Assembly: GCA_027459705.1 (NCBI GenBank)
Contig: DAIDHM010000123.1
Span: 2,538-66,537, forward strand
Length of the DNA: 64,000 nt
Reading direction: 5' to 3'
Source of the DNA: Ktedonobacteria bacterium
GTDB lineage: Bacteria; Chloroflexota; Ktedonobacteria; Ktedonobacterales; JACDGC01
The translations under genes and the position numbers were made by a program. The notes beneath the pieces are model-generated. The model was given only the letters and a program-made list of their open reading frames with translations. It was not told the origin of the DNA and did not search any database. Shown one piece after another: positions 9,906 through 19,489 of the stretch. Position 1 is the stretch's first letter. Every line of letters starts with the position of its first letter.

Positions 9906-11117
9906 ATGGCCGTCGACTTTTTGCCCATCAACGATTGGGACCACATCGAATTCTATGTCGGCAATGCAAAGCAAGCCGCATTTTTTTACAGCCACGCGTT
10001 CGGCTTCCAATGTGTTGGCTATGCCGGGTTGGAGACCGGCGTGCTGGACCATACCAGTTACCTGATGCAGAGCGGTGATATCCGCTTTGTCCTCACCTCT
10101 GCGCTACGTTCCAACCATCCTGTCAGCGAATTTGTCCGTAAACATGGTGATGGCGTCAAGGACATCGCCCTCACCGTCGACGATGCTGAGGCTGCCTATC
10201 GCGAGACCACCAAACGCGGTGCGCGCGGCATCTTGGAGCCGACGATCATTGAGGATCCCAACGGCAATGGATATATCAAGAAGGCGACCATTGCGGCCTA
10301 TGGCGATGTCGTCCATAGTTTTATCGAACGCCACAACTTCCATGGTCTCTTCATGCCGCGCTTCAAAGAGCCGCCATTCATGACCGGGACTCGCCCTGTG
10401 AATGCTGGCCTCTATCGCATTGACCACATCGTCGGTAACGTCGAGCTTGGCCAGATGAACGAGTGGGTCCGCTTCTATGAGGAAGTGATGGGCTTCAAGC
10501 TCTCTGATCATTTCGATGATGAGCATATCAAGACCGAGTATGCGGCGCTCATGTCAAAAGTGATGCAAAGTGGCAATGGATTCATCAAATTCCCGATCAA
10601 TGAGCCAGCAGTCGGGAAACGCAAATCGCAGATCGATGAATACCTGCTCTACAACGAGGGGCCGGGGGTGCAGCACATCGCCCTGCGAACGGACGACATC
10701 ATCAGCACGGTCACCCAACTCCAGGCTCAGGGAGTTCAGTTCTTGCCTTCGGTGTTGCGGTATTATACCGACCTGGAAGACGCGCTCCAGCGCTTGATCA
10801 ATGAGGGGCGTGAGACACTGGGTCCGCTGGGTCATCCGATCCATGGCGAGAGCTATCTGGGCAAGATCCCCGATCTGGGGCACCTGGGTCAACTGGGCGT
10901 GCTGGTCGATGGCGATGACGAGGGTTACCTGCTCCAGATCTTCGCCAAAATCGTCGAGGACCGCCCGACGCTCTTCTTCGAAGTGATCCAGCGCGAAGGG
11001 TCGCGTGGTTTTGGCACGGGAACCTTTAAAGCGCTCTTCGAGGCCCTGGAGCGCGAGAAAGACGCCCGCGTCCAGCCTGATGAACTCCAGGGGTCCGTGG
11101 CCGCCATGGCGATGTAG
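9906..11117 (+). CDS. hppD: 4-hydroxyphenylpyruvate dioxygenase
   Basis: MAVDFLPINDWDHIEFYVGNAKQAAFFY... with two VOC-fold halves and C-terminal ...FFEVIQREGSRGFGTGTFKALFEALE. GGAGG SD lies before ATG 9906. Confidence 0.92.
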   Translation: MAVDFLPINDWDHIEFYVGNAKQAAFFYSHAFGFQCVGYAGLETGVLDHTSYLMQSGDIRFVLTSALRSNHPVSEFVRKHGDGVKDIALTVDDAEAAYRETTKRGARGILEPTIIEDPNGNGYIKKATIAAYGDVVHSFIERHNFHGLFMPRFKEPPFMTGTRPVNAGLYRIDHIVGNVELGQMNEWVRFYEEVMGFKLSDHFDDEHIKTEYAALMSKVMQSGNGFIKFPINEPAVGKRKSQIDEYLLYNEGPGVQHIALRTDDIISTVTQLQAQGVQFLPSVLRYYTDLEDALQRLINEGRETLGPLGHPIHGESYLGKIPDLGHLGQLGVLVDGDDEGYLLQIFAKIVEDRPTLFFEVIQREGSRGFGTGTFKALFEALEREKDARVQPDELQGSVAAMAM

Positions 11118-11139
11118 GCCGAAACAAGGAGAAAATGCC

Positions 11140-12300
11140 ATGCCATACTACCACCGGCTGGGCCAGGTGCCACCCAAGCGGCACACTCAGTTTCGCAAAC
11201 CCGATGGGACGCTCTACACCGAAGAACTCTTCGGCGAAGAAGGCTTCGTCGGGATGTCTTCGCTGCTCTACCACGCCTACCCGCCAACACGAGTCAGCGG
11301 CATGCGCGCCCTGGGGAAGACCGCGCCGCAACCCTGGGAGCAGGACGTGCATCGCCACCACCACTTCAAAACGAAACCCGTGCCGAAGGCGGGAGATCCC
11401 GTCGCGGGTCGGCAAGTGCTGATGTTCAATAGTGATGTGGTGATTGGTGTCGTGCGCCCAGCAGAGCCGATGAACTATTTTTATCGCAACGCGGAGGGCG
11501 ATGAGCTGCTCTTCGTCCACGACGGCCAGGGGACGTTAGAGACGACGTTTGGGCTGTTGCCGTATGAAGCGGGGGATTATCTGATCATCCCGCGCGGCAC
11601 GACCTATCGCGTCCTGCCTGCCAGCGTTGAGACTCGCATGCTGACCATCGAGGCGCGCGGCTACGAGAGCATCCTCCCACCAAAGCGCCATCGCAACAAT
11701 TTTGGCCAGATGTTAGAGAGCTCGCCGTTCTGTGAACGCGATTTCCGGATCCCGGGGGAGTTGCCGCGCCATGAAGAGCGGGGCGAATTCGAGGTGCGGA
11801 TCAAGGTCAATGGTGAACTTGTCGCGTATCAGTATGATTTTCATCCACTAGATGTTGTCGGCTGGGATGGCTATCTCTATCCCTACGCCTTCAATATCCG
11901 CGATTTCGAGCCGATCACCTACCGCATCCATGGGCCACCGCCGACGCACCAGACCTTCGAGGGGCCGGGCTTCGTCGTCTGCAGCTTCGTGCCGCGCAAG
12001 TTAGATTATCATCCACTCTCGATGCCCGCGCCTTACGCGCATAGTAACATCGATAGCGATGAGATGATGTACTATGTGAACGGCAATTATTCGGCCCGTA
12101 AGAACATCGAAGAAGGATCGATAACGCTGCACCCACGCGGCATTCCGCATGGACCGCAGCCGGGAGCCGCCGAAGCCAGCGTCGGCAAGGAGTACACCGA
12201 CGAATTAGTCGTGATGGTCGATACTTTCCGTCCGCTGCAACTGGCGGCGGCGGCGCGTGACTATGACGACGCGGGGTATCCGATGAGTTGGAAAGCCTGA
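11140..12300 (+). CDS. hmgA: Homogentisate 1,2-dioxygenase
   Basis: MPYYHRLGQVPPKRHTQFRKPDGTLYTEELFG... and ...ITLHPRGIPHGPQPG, a cupin-type HGD. Starts 22 nt after hppD. Confidence 0.88.
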   Translation: MPYYHRLGQVPPKRHTQFRKPDGTLYTEELFGEEGFVGMSSLLYHAYPPTRVSGMRALGKTAPQPWEQDVHRHHHFKTKPVPKAGDPVAGRQVLMFNSDVVIGVVRPAEPMNYFYRNAEGDELLFVHDGQGTLETTFGLLPYEAGDYLIIPRGTTYRVLPASVETRMLTIEARGYESILPPKRHRNNFGQMLESSPFCERDFRIPGELPRHEERGEFEVRIKVNGELVAYQYDFHPLDVVGWDGYLYPYAFNIRDFEPITYRIHGPPPTHQTFEGPGFVVCSFVPRKLDYHPLSMPAPYAHSNIDSDEMMYYVNGNYSARKNIEEGSITLHPRGIPHGPQPGAAEASVGKEYTDELVVMVDTFRPLQLAAAARDYDDAGYPMSWKA

Positions 12301-12310
12301 GAGCATGGGG

Positions 12311-12350
12311 GACAGGAGTAGACCGACCGGAGGTCTGCTCCTGTCTTTTT
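12311..12350 (+). terminator. Rho-independent terminator after hmgA
   Basis: GACAGGAGTAGACC / GGTCTGCTCCTGTC stem (14 bp, one G-U) followed by TTTTT at 12346-12350. Confidence 0.8.
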
Positions 12351-12471
12351 CTGCCCAAAGCACTCTTATATGCGTGTCCTCGTGAAACCACGCGGTGCTG
12401 TCACACGTGCATTCAGTGTGTAAACCGGCATGGCCGGACACCACCTACAGACCCCACAGGAGGCCACTGAT

Positions 12472-12903
12472 ATGTCAATCCCCACTCCACCTCCCTCAGA
12501 ATCCATGTATGCCACCCCCGAGTTTTCTCCCCCGCCGCCAGCGAATGAGACCAATGGGCGAGCTATTGCGAGTCTTATCCTGGGCATTATCAGTCTGGGC
12601 TGGTTAATTTTCTTCGCGGGATTGGGGCGTGGCGCCTATATCGTGGCGACTCGCCGCCACGCGCCCAGCCCGCATCCGCTAGCGGCAGCGGCAATTGTCG
12701 ATCTCATCTTGCTCGCGATCGGTGGCATCGCAGCACTGATCAGCGTGATTCTTGGTCACCAGGGTTTACGCTTTGCGCACCGCTCCCCGACGGCGGAAGG
12801 TCGCGGCGTTGCAATCACGGGGCTGGTTTTCGGCTATGCGAGTGTGGCGATCGTTGTCGCGCGCGTCGTGATCCTGGTCACGCTGATTGCGCTGGGTGCA
12901 TGA
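12472..12903 (+). CDS. DUF4190-like membrane protein with a Pro-rich N-terminus
   Basis: AIASLILGIISLGWLIFFAG... and a second hydrophobic pair ...VITGLVFGYASVAIVV. GGAGG lies 8 nt before ATG 12472. The ORF-track start 12430 is an alternative. Confidence 0.65.
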   Translation: MSIPTPPPSESMYATPEFSPPPPANETNGRAIASLILGIISLGWLIFFAGLGRGAYIVATRRHAPSPHPLAAAAIVDLILLAIGGIAALISVILGHQGLRFAHRSPTAEGRGVAITGLVFGYASVAIVVARVVILVTLIALGA

Positions 12904-13055
12904 GCAGCTTGTGGTTTGTGGTGAGATTCGTGTAGATACATGCAGACAGGGTGACGACTGACTGCGCCTGTGTTGGCAGAATGATGGCCAGGTGTTTGGC
13001 CCCGCGAGAGAACTGCATTACATGAGGAGTGAGGACGCGCGCGCCAGAGAAGACT

Positions 13056-13097
13056 ACAGACATCCACCACCATCATCCGTTGGCAGTGGATGTCTGT
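13056..13097. terminator. 12-bp perfect hairpin between convergent genes
   Basis: ACAGACATCCAC-N18-GTGGATGTCTGT, between the stops at 12903 (+) and 13128 (-). Confidence 0.5.
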
Positions 13098-13127
13098 GTC
13101 CGAGCAGGCATGGTCATCACCACTCGA

Positions 13128-13505
13128 CTAACTGAGCATGCGGCGGACATTGCGCGATCCCGGTAACGTGAAGCGCGGGCTGACATAGCCGACGACCATC
13201 ATCACGATCCATAGAATGCCGGTCAAAGCCCAGATGCCACCGCCCACCATGTGAATGAGACCGCCAAGGAGCGGAACCCATCCGAGGATGAAACCCAGAA
13301 AGTTCACCAAAAAGAGCACGACGCTCAGCGTCCCAAACAGCATCACGGATTGCCGAGCATGATGTCGGACATTCGGGTTGCGTTCCGTCAGGAGCAAGAA
13401 CAGGCCAGAGACCCAGAGCAGGGCGTACGAGCCTGCGCGCTCCACTGGTTCTGGCAGACCGAGTGAGGTTGTGGAGGGATAGTTGTTGTTACGATAGTAT
13501 GACAT
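13128..13505 (-). CDS. DUF4870-like small membrane protein
   Basis: ...LLLTERNPNVRHHARQSVMLFGTLSVVLFLVNFLG..., 3-4 TM. AAGGAG SD lies before ATG 13505; the ORF-track start 13670 adds an unlikely extension. Confidence 0.6.
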   Translation of the reverse strand: MSYYRNNNYPSTTSLGLPEPVERAGSYALLWVSGLFLLLTERNPNVRHHARQSVMLFGTLSVVLFLVNFLGFILGWVPLLGGLIHMVGGGIWALTGILWIVMMVVGYVSPRFTLPGSRNVRRMLS

Positions 13506-13754
13506 AGGGTGTGGGCTCCTTTGTGAAGCGGTGGTTCGCTCAATCGCTTCTTCATATAGAGTATACCGCACTGCGTCTTCTGCAATGGTGAAATTGTTCA
13601 CTGCTCTTATCAAGCTGTAAGTTTTGCGCGACATGTTGTACATCGTAATGAATGAAACGGGCACACCCACTATGCGTATACTATCTAGAGGTCTGGCGAA
13701 GATGTTGGCACCGGGGCCAACGTGCTGCGACTGCTACTCTAGAGGAGGAAGGCA

Positions 13755-14474
13755 ATGGATCTCAAAGGTGTTCAGGTCACGTGGTTAGGCCATGGAACTT
13801 TCAAAATGCGCGCGCCGAATGGGACCACGCTCTTGATCGATCCCTGGGTGCAAAATAATCCTGCGTGTCCGGAGGATCAGAAGAACGTGGGAAAACTGAC
13901 CGGCATGCTCATTACGCATGGACATTTTGATCACATCGCGGATGCGGTGACAGTGGCGGAGGCGAGCCAACCTGATCAGGTCGTCTGTATCTTCGAGATC
14001 GGCAATTGGCTCGAGAAGAAGGGCGTCAAAAATCTGGTCCCGATGAACAAGGGTGGAACGATCGAAGTCGGCGGTGTCCAGGTGACCATGGTGCATGCGG
14101 ACCATAGTTGTGGCATCCTGGATGGAGAGCAGATCATCTATGGTGGTGAAGCTGTCGGTTATGTGCTGACATTCCCTGGCGGACCCACTCTGTATGTAGC
14201 CGGGGATACCGCGGTTTTCAGCGACATGCGGATCATCCATGACCTCTACAATCCTTCGATTGCCATATTACCTATCGGCGATTTTTATACGATGGGGCCG
14301 CGCGAAGCGGCGTACGCGGCTGGATTGCTGGGTGTGCAGGGCATCATCCCGGCGCATTTTGGGACATTTCCCGCCCTGGCGGGAAACCCAGCCGCGCTCC
14401 GTGAAGCGCTCAGCGCTCGCGGTATGGCGCATGTCGAGGTCGCCCAGTTGCAACCTGGTCAATCTCTAAACTGA
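13755..14474 (+). CDS. Metal-dependent hydrolase, metallo-beta-lactamase fold (UPF0173-like)
   Basis: VTWLGHGTFKMRAPNGTTLLIDPW...ITHGHFDHI...MVHADHS.... Confidence 0.85.
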   Translation: MDLKGVQVTWLGHGTFKMRAPNGTTLLIDPWVQNNPACPEDQKNVGKLTGMLITHGHFDHIADAVTVAEASQPDQVVCIFEIGNWLEKKGVKNLVPMNKGGTIEVGGVQVTMVHADHSCGILDGEQIIYGGEAVGYVLTFPGGPTLYVAGDTAVFSDMRIIHDLYNPSIAILPIGDFYTMGPREAAYAAGLLGVQGIIPAHFGTFPALAGNPAALREALSARGMAHVEVAQLQPGQSLN

Positions 14475-14486
14475 TGTAATGAAATG

Positions 14487-14522
14487 ACTGGTGATTGGAT
14501 TTCACAATAGCCAATCACCAGT
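14487..14522 (+). terminator. Hairpin terminator after the hydrolase gene
   Basis: ACTGGTGATTGG-N12-CCAATCACCAGT (12-bp perfect stem), 13 nt after the stop codon. Confidence 0.6.
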
Positions 14523-14671
14523 TGGGTTATCGAACAGCAATTGCCGAAATGAATAACTATGTTTATGGGAAATACCCATACTATAATTGGAATACTCTAA
14601 ATAATTGAACTATTACAATATTGTCATATATCTTATGATCGCGTGACGAGATGGCAATATAAACAATTCAC

Positions 14672-14701
14672 TTGCACTACGTGAATCTCGCGTGATATAC
14701 T
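14672..14701 (+). promoter_or_regulatory. Promoter in an AT-rich island
   Basis: TTGCAC (14672-14677), 18-nt spacer, TGaTATACT (-10 at 14696-14701). The motif TCGCGTGA occurs twice, about 50 nt apart, around it. Confidence 0.45.
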
Positions 14702-14783
14702 GTTTAAAGTACTGGATTTGCTGTGCTCGACTCGTCACGTTGAGATGATGAATAGCCAATTGTACGCCATCCTGGAGGATCAC

Positions 14784-15542
14784 ATGCAGGCAATGCTTCC
14801 AACTTTTGACCTCACTCGACCACCGCCTGGGTCGCACTATTTGCACCGTGAAGTCTCTGTACTGCCCAATCCCCCGATGATCGGCTCACCCGCACAGGTA
14901 ACTTTACGGCTCAGCAATCCATCGTCCGAAATAATGATTGTACGCGAGATTGTCTTTTCGGTCGCGCAATTTGGTATGGGTGTAGCCTGGGAACAATTGC
15001 CGGTTGTCGGCCCTTTTCACATCGCTGCTGGCACGACAGAGACCATTACTGTCGAATGGACACCCTATACTGGTGGGCATCGCTGTGTCAAAGCACAGAT
15101 TGATCTAGGTAATGGGCTGACGCTCTCGGCTCGTTGTAATCTGAATATCGTGCGATCTCCCGCAGAACAAGACGCCTGGTTGACACGTTTCCAGATTGGG
15201 AATCCGACGGATGAGCGCGCGGCACTCAGCTTCACCACCGCCGGAGGGGCAGAGCAACTCCAACCTTTCTTGCAGATTAACCATCACAGCCATGCAATTG
15301 ATGCACCCCTTTGGCTAGACCCAGGTGAAATCGCACAAGCAGTTGTTTTATTGCGCGCCAGGAGCATTGATGCGATTGAGACCCTCTGGAGAATGGAAGC
15401 CTGGATGCATGGATCCATGCTGGATGGCATCGGTGTCGCCATCAGTCGGCCTGTCAAAATTTTGCCACCGATTCGTTCTGCATTGACACTACGGTCAAAA
15501 GATACTCCAAGAGCACACGATCTTGTTGGCAACCGTCATTGA
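14784..15542 (+). CDS. Hypothetical protein, two predicted beta-sandwich (CARDB/Ig-like) halves, no signal peptide
   Basis: ATG 14784 has GGAGG 5 nt upstream; in-frame alternatives are TTG 14718 and ATG 14745. Beta-rich sequence ...PAQVTLRLSNPSSEIMIVREIVFSV...TETITVEWTPYTGGHRCVKAQIDL.... No family recognised. Confidence 0.55.
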   Translation: MQAMLPTFDLTRPPPGSHYLHREVSVLPNPPMIGSPAQVTLRLSNPSSEIMIVREIVFSVAQFGMGVAWEQLPVVGPFHIAAGTTETITVEWTPYTGGHRCVKAQIDLGNGLTLSARCNLNIVRSPAEQDAWLTRFQIGNPTDERAALSFTTAGGAEQLQPFLQINHHSHAIDAPLWLDPGEIAQAVVLLRARSIDAIETLWRMEAWMHGSMLDGIGVAISRPVKILPPIRSALTLRSKDTPRAHDLVGNRH

Positions 15543-15766
15543 GTTTCACTCGCGGATCACTTTCGCATAGGATGAGATACTGGATCTCAGGCAGTTTAGC
15601 CTGACTGGACGTGCTCATTGCTGGATCAGCAGTGATAGTTCCAAAAGCACCCGATCATTTGACAGACTTCCCTATCTGTTGCTAGAATGGTCTTGCTTTT
15701 TGAGCGTCCAGACTACCGCTCATGTGTCGGTTGGACACCAGATCTCTGCGATTGGTTGGTCGATTC

Positions 15767-17734
15767 ATGCGAGACAGACATTCGTTCCGTACCTCAACAC
15801 GTACGTTGACATGGTTCGCCACCGTGATTGCGCTCAGCGCAACATTGCTGGCTGGTTGTTCATTCAATAGTACGGCAGGTTCGCGCCTGGCCGCGAATCA
15901 GTCGCTGGTCTTTCCGCTGGTCCCGTTCTATGCCGGGCCCCACGCGACAGTCGTCCCGGCTCTCGTGCTCGATCCAGCTTTTGAAGGCGATGTATACTCC
16001 CTGCAGATCCTGACCATGATTCAGACCACACTTGTCACCTTCGACAGCAATATGAATCTCATTCCGGATGCGGCACAGAGTTGGGCACCCAGCGATGGGG
16101 GCAAAACATGGACCTTCAAGTTGCGTCCCAATTTGAAATGGAATGATGGCACGCCGCTGACAGCGGCGGACTTTGCCGCGGGGATCTTGCATGATCTCGA
16201 TCCGGCGCAATGTAATGCGTCATCAATCTATAACTCAGCGGCTTCTTCAGGAGTGTGCAATCAACTTGCACCATACCTCTCATACATCCAGGGCGCGAAC
16301 CAGCTGGTGCAGAGTGGCGCTACCACCCTCCCACAATCCATCCCTGGTATCGAAACGCCCGATAGTCAGACGCTCATCTTTCACTTGACTGACGCCATCA
16401 CATTCTTTCCGCAACAGATGGCCACAGCTGCGGGCATTCCGCTGGAACGGTCTGTCTTCGCCAAGTATGGCTACAGTTACTTCGAGCATTTTCCCGAAGG
16501 CGTCGCGCAGTCTGGCCCATTCATGATCACGAGCTATAGCAATCCCAGCGATCCTACGATCAAGGATCCCGAGCACGCGACCGTCATTCACATGGTACGC
16601 AACCCCGATTGGTGGGGCAAGGCTCCCGCCCTGACCTCCGTCACGGTACCCTTGTATGATGACCTCAACGCGGAGTACAACGACTATGTGAACGGCAAGA
16701 GTACCGTTGGCACCCCACTCGATTTCGCCACCGTGCCATCCCACGAGTATCCATTCAGTCGCGACCTGGCCGATTTCCATCAGATCGAGACGCTCTCGAT
16801 CGATTATTTTGGCATCGACCAGGTGGATGCGCCATTCACCAGCCTCCGGGTTCGCCAGGCCTTTGATCTGGCATTGAATAAGCAATTGCTGGTGGATAGC
16901 ATCTTCCAGGGCGCGCGGACGCCGACCAACCATGTCATACCGCTCGGTATCGCGGGCTATAACGCTGACCTGCGGAATCCCCCCGATAACTCAGCCACGC
17001 CCTCGTTGACGGGGAATCAGGGCCTGGCGCAGCAGTTCATTCAACTGGTCGCGCAGGGGTGTTTACAACGTTATGATGATAACCTCTGCCCGTACATCAT
17101 CGGAACGACGTTGCCAACGACCTCGGTTCGCAAGGTAGCCGCAGGCGGACAGAATTGTCCTGACTACCTGGTTGGAGTCGCTAAGGATAATCCCGCTATC
17201 AGTTCGCAGAAGCCGATCTATGTCTGGGTAACTCCCAGTAATCCTGATCGAGTCAGCCTCGTCCAGGCCGCTGTGGCGGAGTGGAGCACAATCCTCTGCC
17301 TCAATATTCAGACAAAGATCGATACGACCGGGCATGTCCTGAATACCGTCTTCAATCCCAAGCTTTTCGGCAAACCAACCGATGTAGGTATCTGGACCCT
17401 TGGCTGGGTTGCGGATTATCCCGACGCGCAGGACTTCACCACCAATTTGTTCGACCCAACCAGCACCTACGATTCCTCGAATGTCGGCTATCCGCAAGGG
17501 CAGAACGCCGACCTCATCACCGCGATGCATACTGCTGATAAAGAGCCGAACGTGGCGCAGCGTCAGCAAGATTATGCGCAGATCGAGCAGCAGCTCGTGG
17601 ACGATGTTGCCTGGATACCGTATGATCAACCTAAGTACCTATATCGACTTCGTACCCAAGTGCAGGGATTGGTCATCCCGGCGGGTGAGTTCATTCCTGA
17701 CCAGAGTTGGACGGCAATCTTCATTACGGCATAG
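15767..17734 (+). CDS. ABC transporter substrate-binding lipoprotein, family 5 (peptide/nickel, OppA/DppA-like)
   Basis: Lipobox LSATLLAGCS after a basic n-region. Family-5 SBP features include WAPSDGGKTWTFKLRPNLKWNDGTPLTA and WVADYPDAQDF. Confidence 0.88.
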   Translation: MRDRHSFRTSTRTLTWFATVIALSATLLAGCSFNSTAGSRLAANQSLVFPLVPFYAGPHATVVPALVLDPAFEGDVYSLQILTMIQTTLVTFDSNMNLIPDAAQSWAPSDGGKTWTFKLRPNLKWNDGTPLTAADFAAGILHDLDPAQCNASSIYNSAASSGVCNQLAPYLSYIQGANQLVQSGATTLPQSIPGIETPDSQTLIFHLTDAITFFPQQMATAAGIPLERSVFAKYGYSYFEHFPEGVAQSGPFMITSYSNPSDPTIKDPEHATVIHMVRNPDWWGKAPALTSVTVPLYDDLNAEYNDYVNGKSTVGTPLDFATVPSHEYPFSRDLADFHQIETLSIDYFGIDQVDAPFTSLRVRQAFDLALNKQLLVDSIFQGARTPTNHVIPLGIAGYNADLRNPPDNSATPSLTGNQGLAQQFIQLVAQGCLQRYDDNLCPYIIGTTLPTTSVRKVAAGGQNCPDYLVGVAKDNPAISSQKPIYVWVTPSNPDRVSLVQAAVAEWSTILCLNIQTKIDTTGHVLNTVFNPKLFGKPTDVGIWTLGWVADYPDAQDFTTNLFDPTSTYDSSNVGYPQGQNADLITAMHTADKEPNVAQRQQDYAQIEQQLVDDVAWIPYDQPKYLYRLRTQVQGLVIPAGEFIPDQSWTAIFITA

Positions 17735-17808
17735 GTCTGTGAGCATGGGCCGATTGGCTGTTACCGTCCGACAGCGGCCCAACTCAACTCCTACTCGTCA
17801 TGTAGGCG

Positions 17809-17840
17809 GCGCCGCAAGCATACAGAGCAGCTTGCGGCGC
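17809..17840 (+). terminator. 11-bp perfect GC-rich hairpin after the SBP gene
   Basis: GCGCCGCAAGC-N10-GCTTGCGGCGC followed by TGTGTGT. Confidence 0.45.
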
Positions 17841-17887
17841 TGTGTGTCCAGTTACCAATTCTCAATGCCCGATAAAGGAGCCCGCAC

Positions 17888-19489
17888 GTGTCAGATTTCC
17901 AGAGTTCGGAGCGACCGCCAGCAGATCGGGGACCCGAACCATCATCTCATGGGACGGAGTTGCCAGCTGCAATCAATCCGTTGGCGCCACTGCCACCGTC
18001 GCCCGTCATTCCAGCTGAGTATACCAATGGGTTCGCGCCGCTCACCCCGACCCAGCGGTCCGCTGGCGAGGGCGTCGGACAAATCTTCATCACCGCCATT
18101 CTGGTCGTGTTGGCGTTTACTGCTGGTTGGCTCGGCAATAGCGCGGTCAATGGCGGCACGCAGACCCCCGCCTCCGCCCAGAAATATGCGCCGTTGATCT
18201 GGCAAGCGTGGAGCACTATCGACGGCAATTATGTAAATCAGAGTGCTATCGATCATCAAAAAATGACCTATGCCATGATCAGCGCGATGGTTGACTCGCT
18301 TGGTGATACCGGCCATTCACGCTTCTTGACCCCGACCGATGTCAAAAATCTGAATCAACAATTGAGTAATTCGAGCTTTGTCGGCATTGGGATCTATCTG
18401 CAGCCCATTACGAATAGCCAGGGACAGACCGCCAATATCATCGAAGCCACCATTCCGGGCTCACCCGCAGCCGGTTCTGGGTTACTCCCCGGCGATCAGA
18501 TCGTGGGGGTCGATACAACCGATGTGCGTACAAAATCGGTCAACGATCTCAGCCCATTGATCCGTGGTCCGGTTGGCAGCGAGGTGACGATTGTCGTGCA
18601 GCGTGGCACTCGGACCTTGAGCTTCACGATGAAGCGCGCCGCGGTGACGGCGCCGCTCGCGCCATCCTACTATTTCGCGCAGGACCACATTGGTTACCTG
18701 CAAATTACCGGGTTCGATACCGGAACAGCCGATCAGGTGACTCAGGCGCTCAAGACGCTCCAGGCGGATGGGGCAACCTCGCTCATACTGGATATGCGCG
18801 GCAATCCCGGTGGTCTCGTGGATGAGGCCATCGCCACGGCCAGTGATTTCCTGCCCGCCAACACCACTGTGGTCTATGAGAAAGACCGCAGTGGAACGCT
18901 CACGCCTGATAAGACCAACTCGACCGGACTGCATTTGACCGTGCCGATGGTCATACTGGTGGATAACGGAACGGCGAGCGCCGCCGAGATCGTCAGTCTG
19001 GCGATCAATGAGCAACGGACGAATGTTCCGCTGATCGGTACTCAAACCTTCGGCACGGATACAGTGCTGGTGCCATTCGATCTGCCCGATGGTTCACAGA
19101 TCTTGCTGGGCATCCGCGAGTTCCTCTCGCCAGATAAGCAGCAACTGCAGCCCGGCCATGGCATCGTCCCCACCCGGACGGTGAACTTGCCGAACGGCGC
19201 TTTCGCGGCCGATCCGTTGGTGCTGCAAGAACTCAACCTGACCGAGAATGACATCCTCAACTGTAAAGGATTGACCATCGATACGCAGTTGCAGGTGGCG
19301 ATCGCGACGCTGGAGCCGACACGTGTGGCGACCTGCGCTACCGCGACCGGCCCGACGGCCACCCCAGGGACCACGACCGTAACCCCCGGCGCGGGGTCGC
19401 CAACGCCCGGTGCTGCCACGGCAACGCCTGGCCTCCAGCCGACACCGACGCCCAGCCTCGTGACGCCGACGCCCACAACGAAGCCATGA
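17888..19489 (+). CDS. S41-family C-terminal processing peptidase with TM anchor, PDZ domain and a Pro/Thr-rich tail
   Basis: GTG start with AGGAG 8 nt upstream. PDZ GSPAAGSGLLPGDQIVGVD, S41 motifs RGNPGGL and NGTASAAEI. C-terminal TPGTTTVTPGAGSPTPGAATATPGLQPTPTP. Confidence 0.88.
   Translation: MSDFQSSERPPADRGPEPSSHGTELPAAINPLAPLPPSPVIPAEYTNGFAPLTPTQRSAGEGVGQIFITAILVVLAFTAGWLGNSAVNGGTQTPASAQKYAPLIWQAWSTIDGNYVNQSAIDHQKMTYAMISAMVDSLGDTGHSRFLTPTDVKNLNQQLSNSSFVGIGIYLQPITNSQGQTANIIEATIPGSPAAGSGLLPGDQIVGVDTTDVRTKSVNDLSPLIRGPVGSEVTIVVQRGTRTLSFTMKRAAVTAPLAPSYYFAQDHIGYLQITGFDTGTADQVTQALKTLQADGATSLILDMRGNPGGLVDEAIATASDFLPANTTVVYEKDRSGTLTPDKTNSTGLHLTVPMVILVDNGTASAAEIVSLAINEQRTNVPLIGTQTFGTDTVLVPFDLPDGSQILLGIREFLSPDKQQLQPGHGIVPTRTVNLPNGAFAADPLVLQELNLTENDILNCKGLTIDTQLQVAIATLEPTRVATCATATGPTATPGTTTVTPGAGSPTPGAATATPGLQPTPTPSLVTPTPTTKP

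Noticed and set aside
10554-11141. 195-aa minus-strand ORF. Similar long antisense ORFs occur at 3803..4492, 7030..7620, 16280..16933, 18482..19045 and 34766..35353.
   Set aside because: All overlap strongly supported genes on the opposite strand and lack motifs. They are treated as GC-driven shadow ORFs.
18710-18723. tRNA T-arm-like string GGGTTCGATACCGG.
   Set aside because: It lies in-frame inside the S41 peptidase coding sequence (..ITGFDTGT..). No acceptor or anticodon stems can be built around it. I found no tRNA genes in the window.
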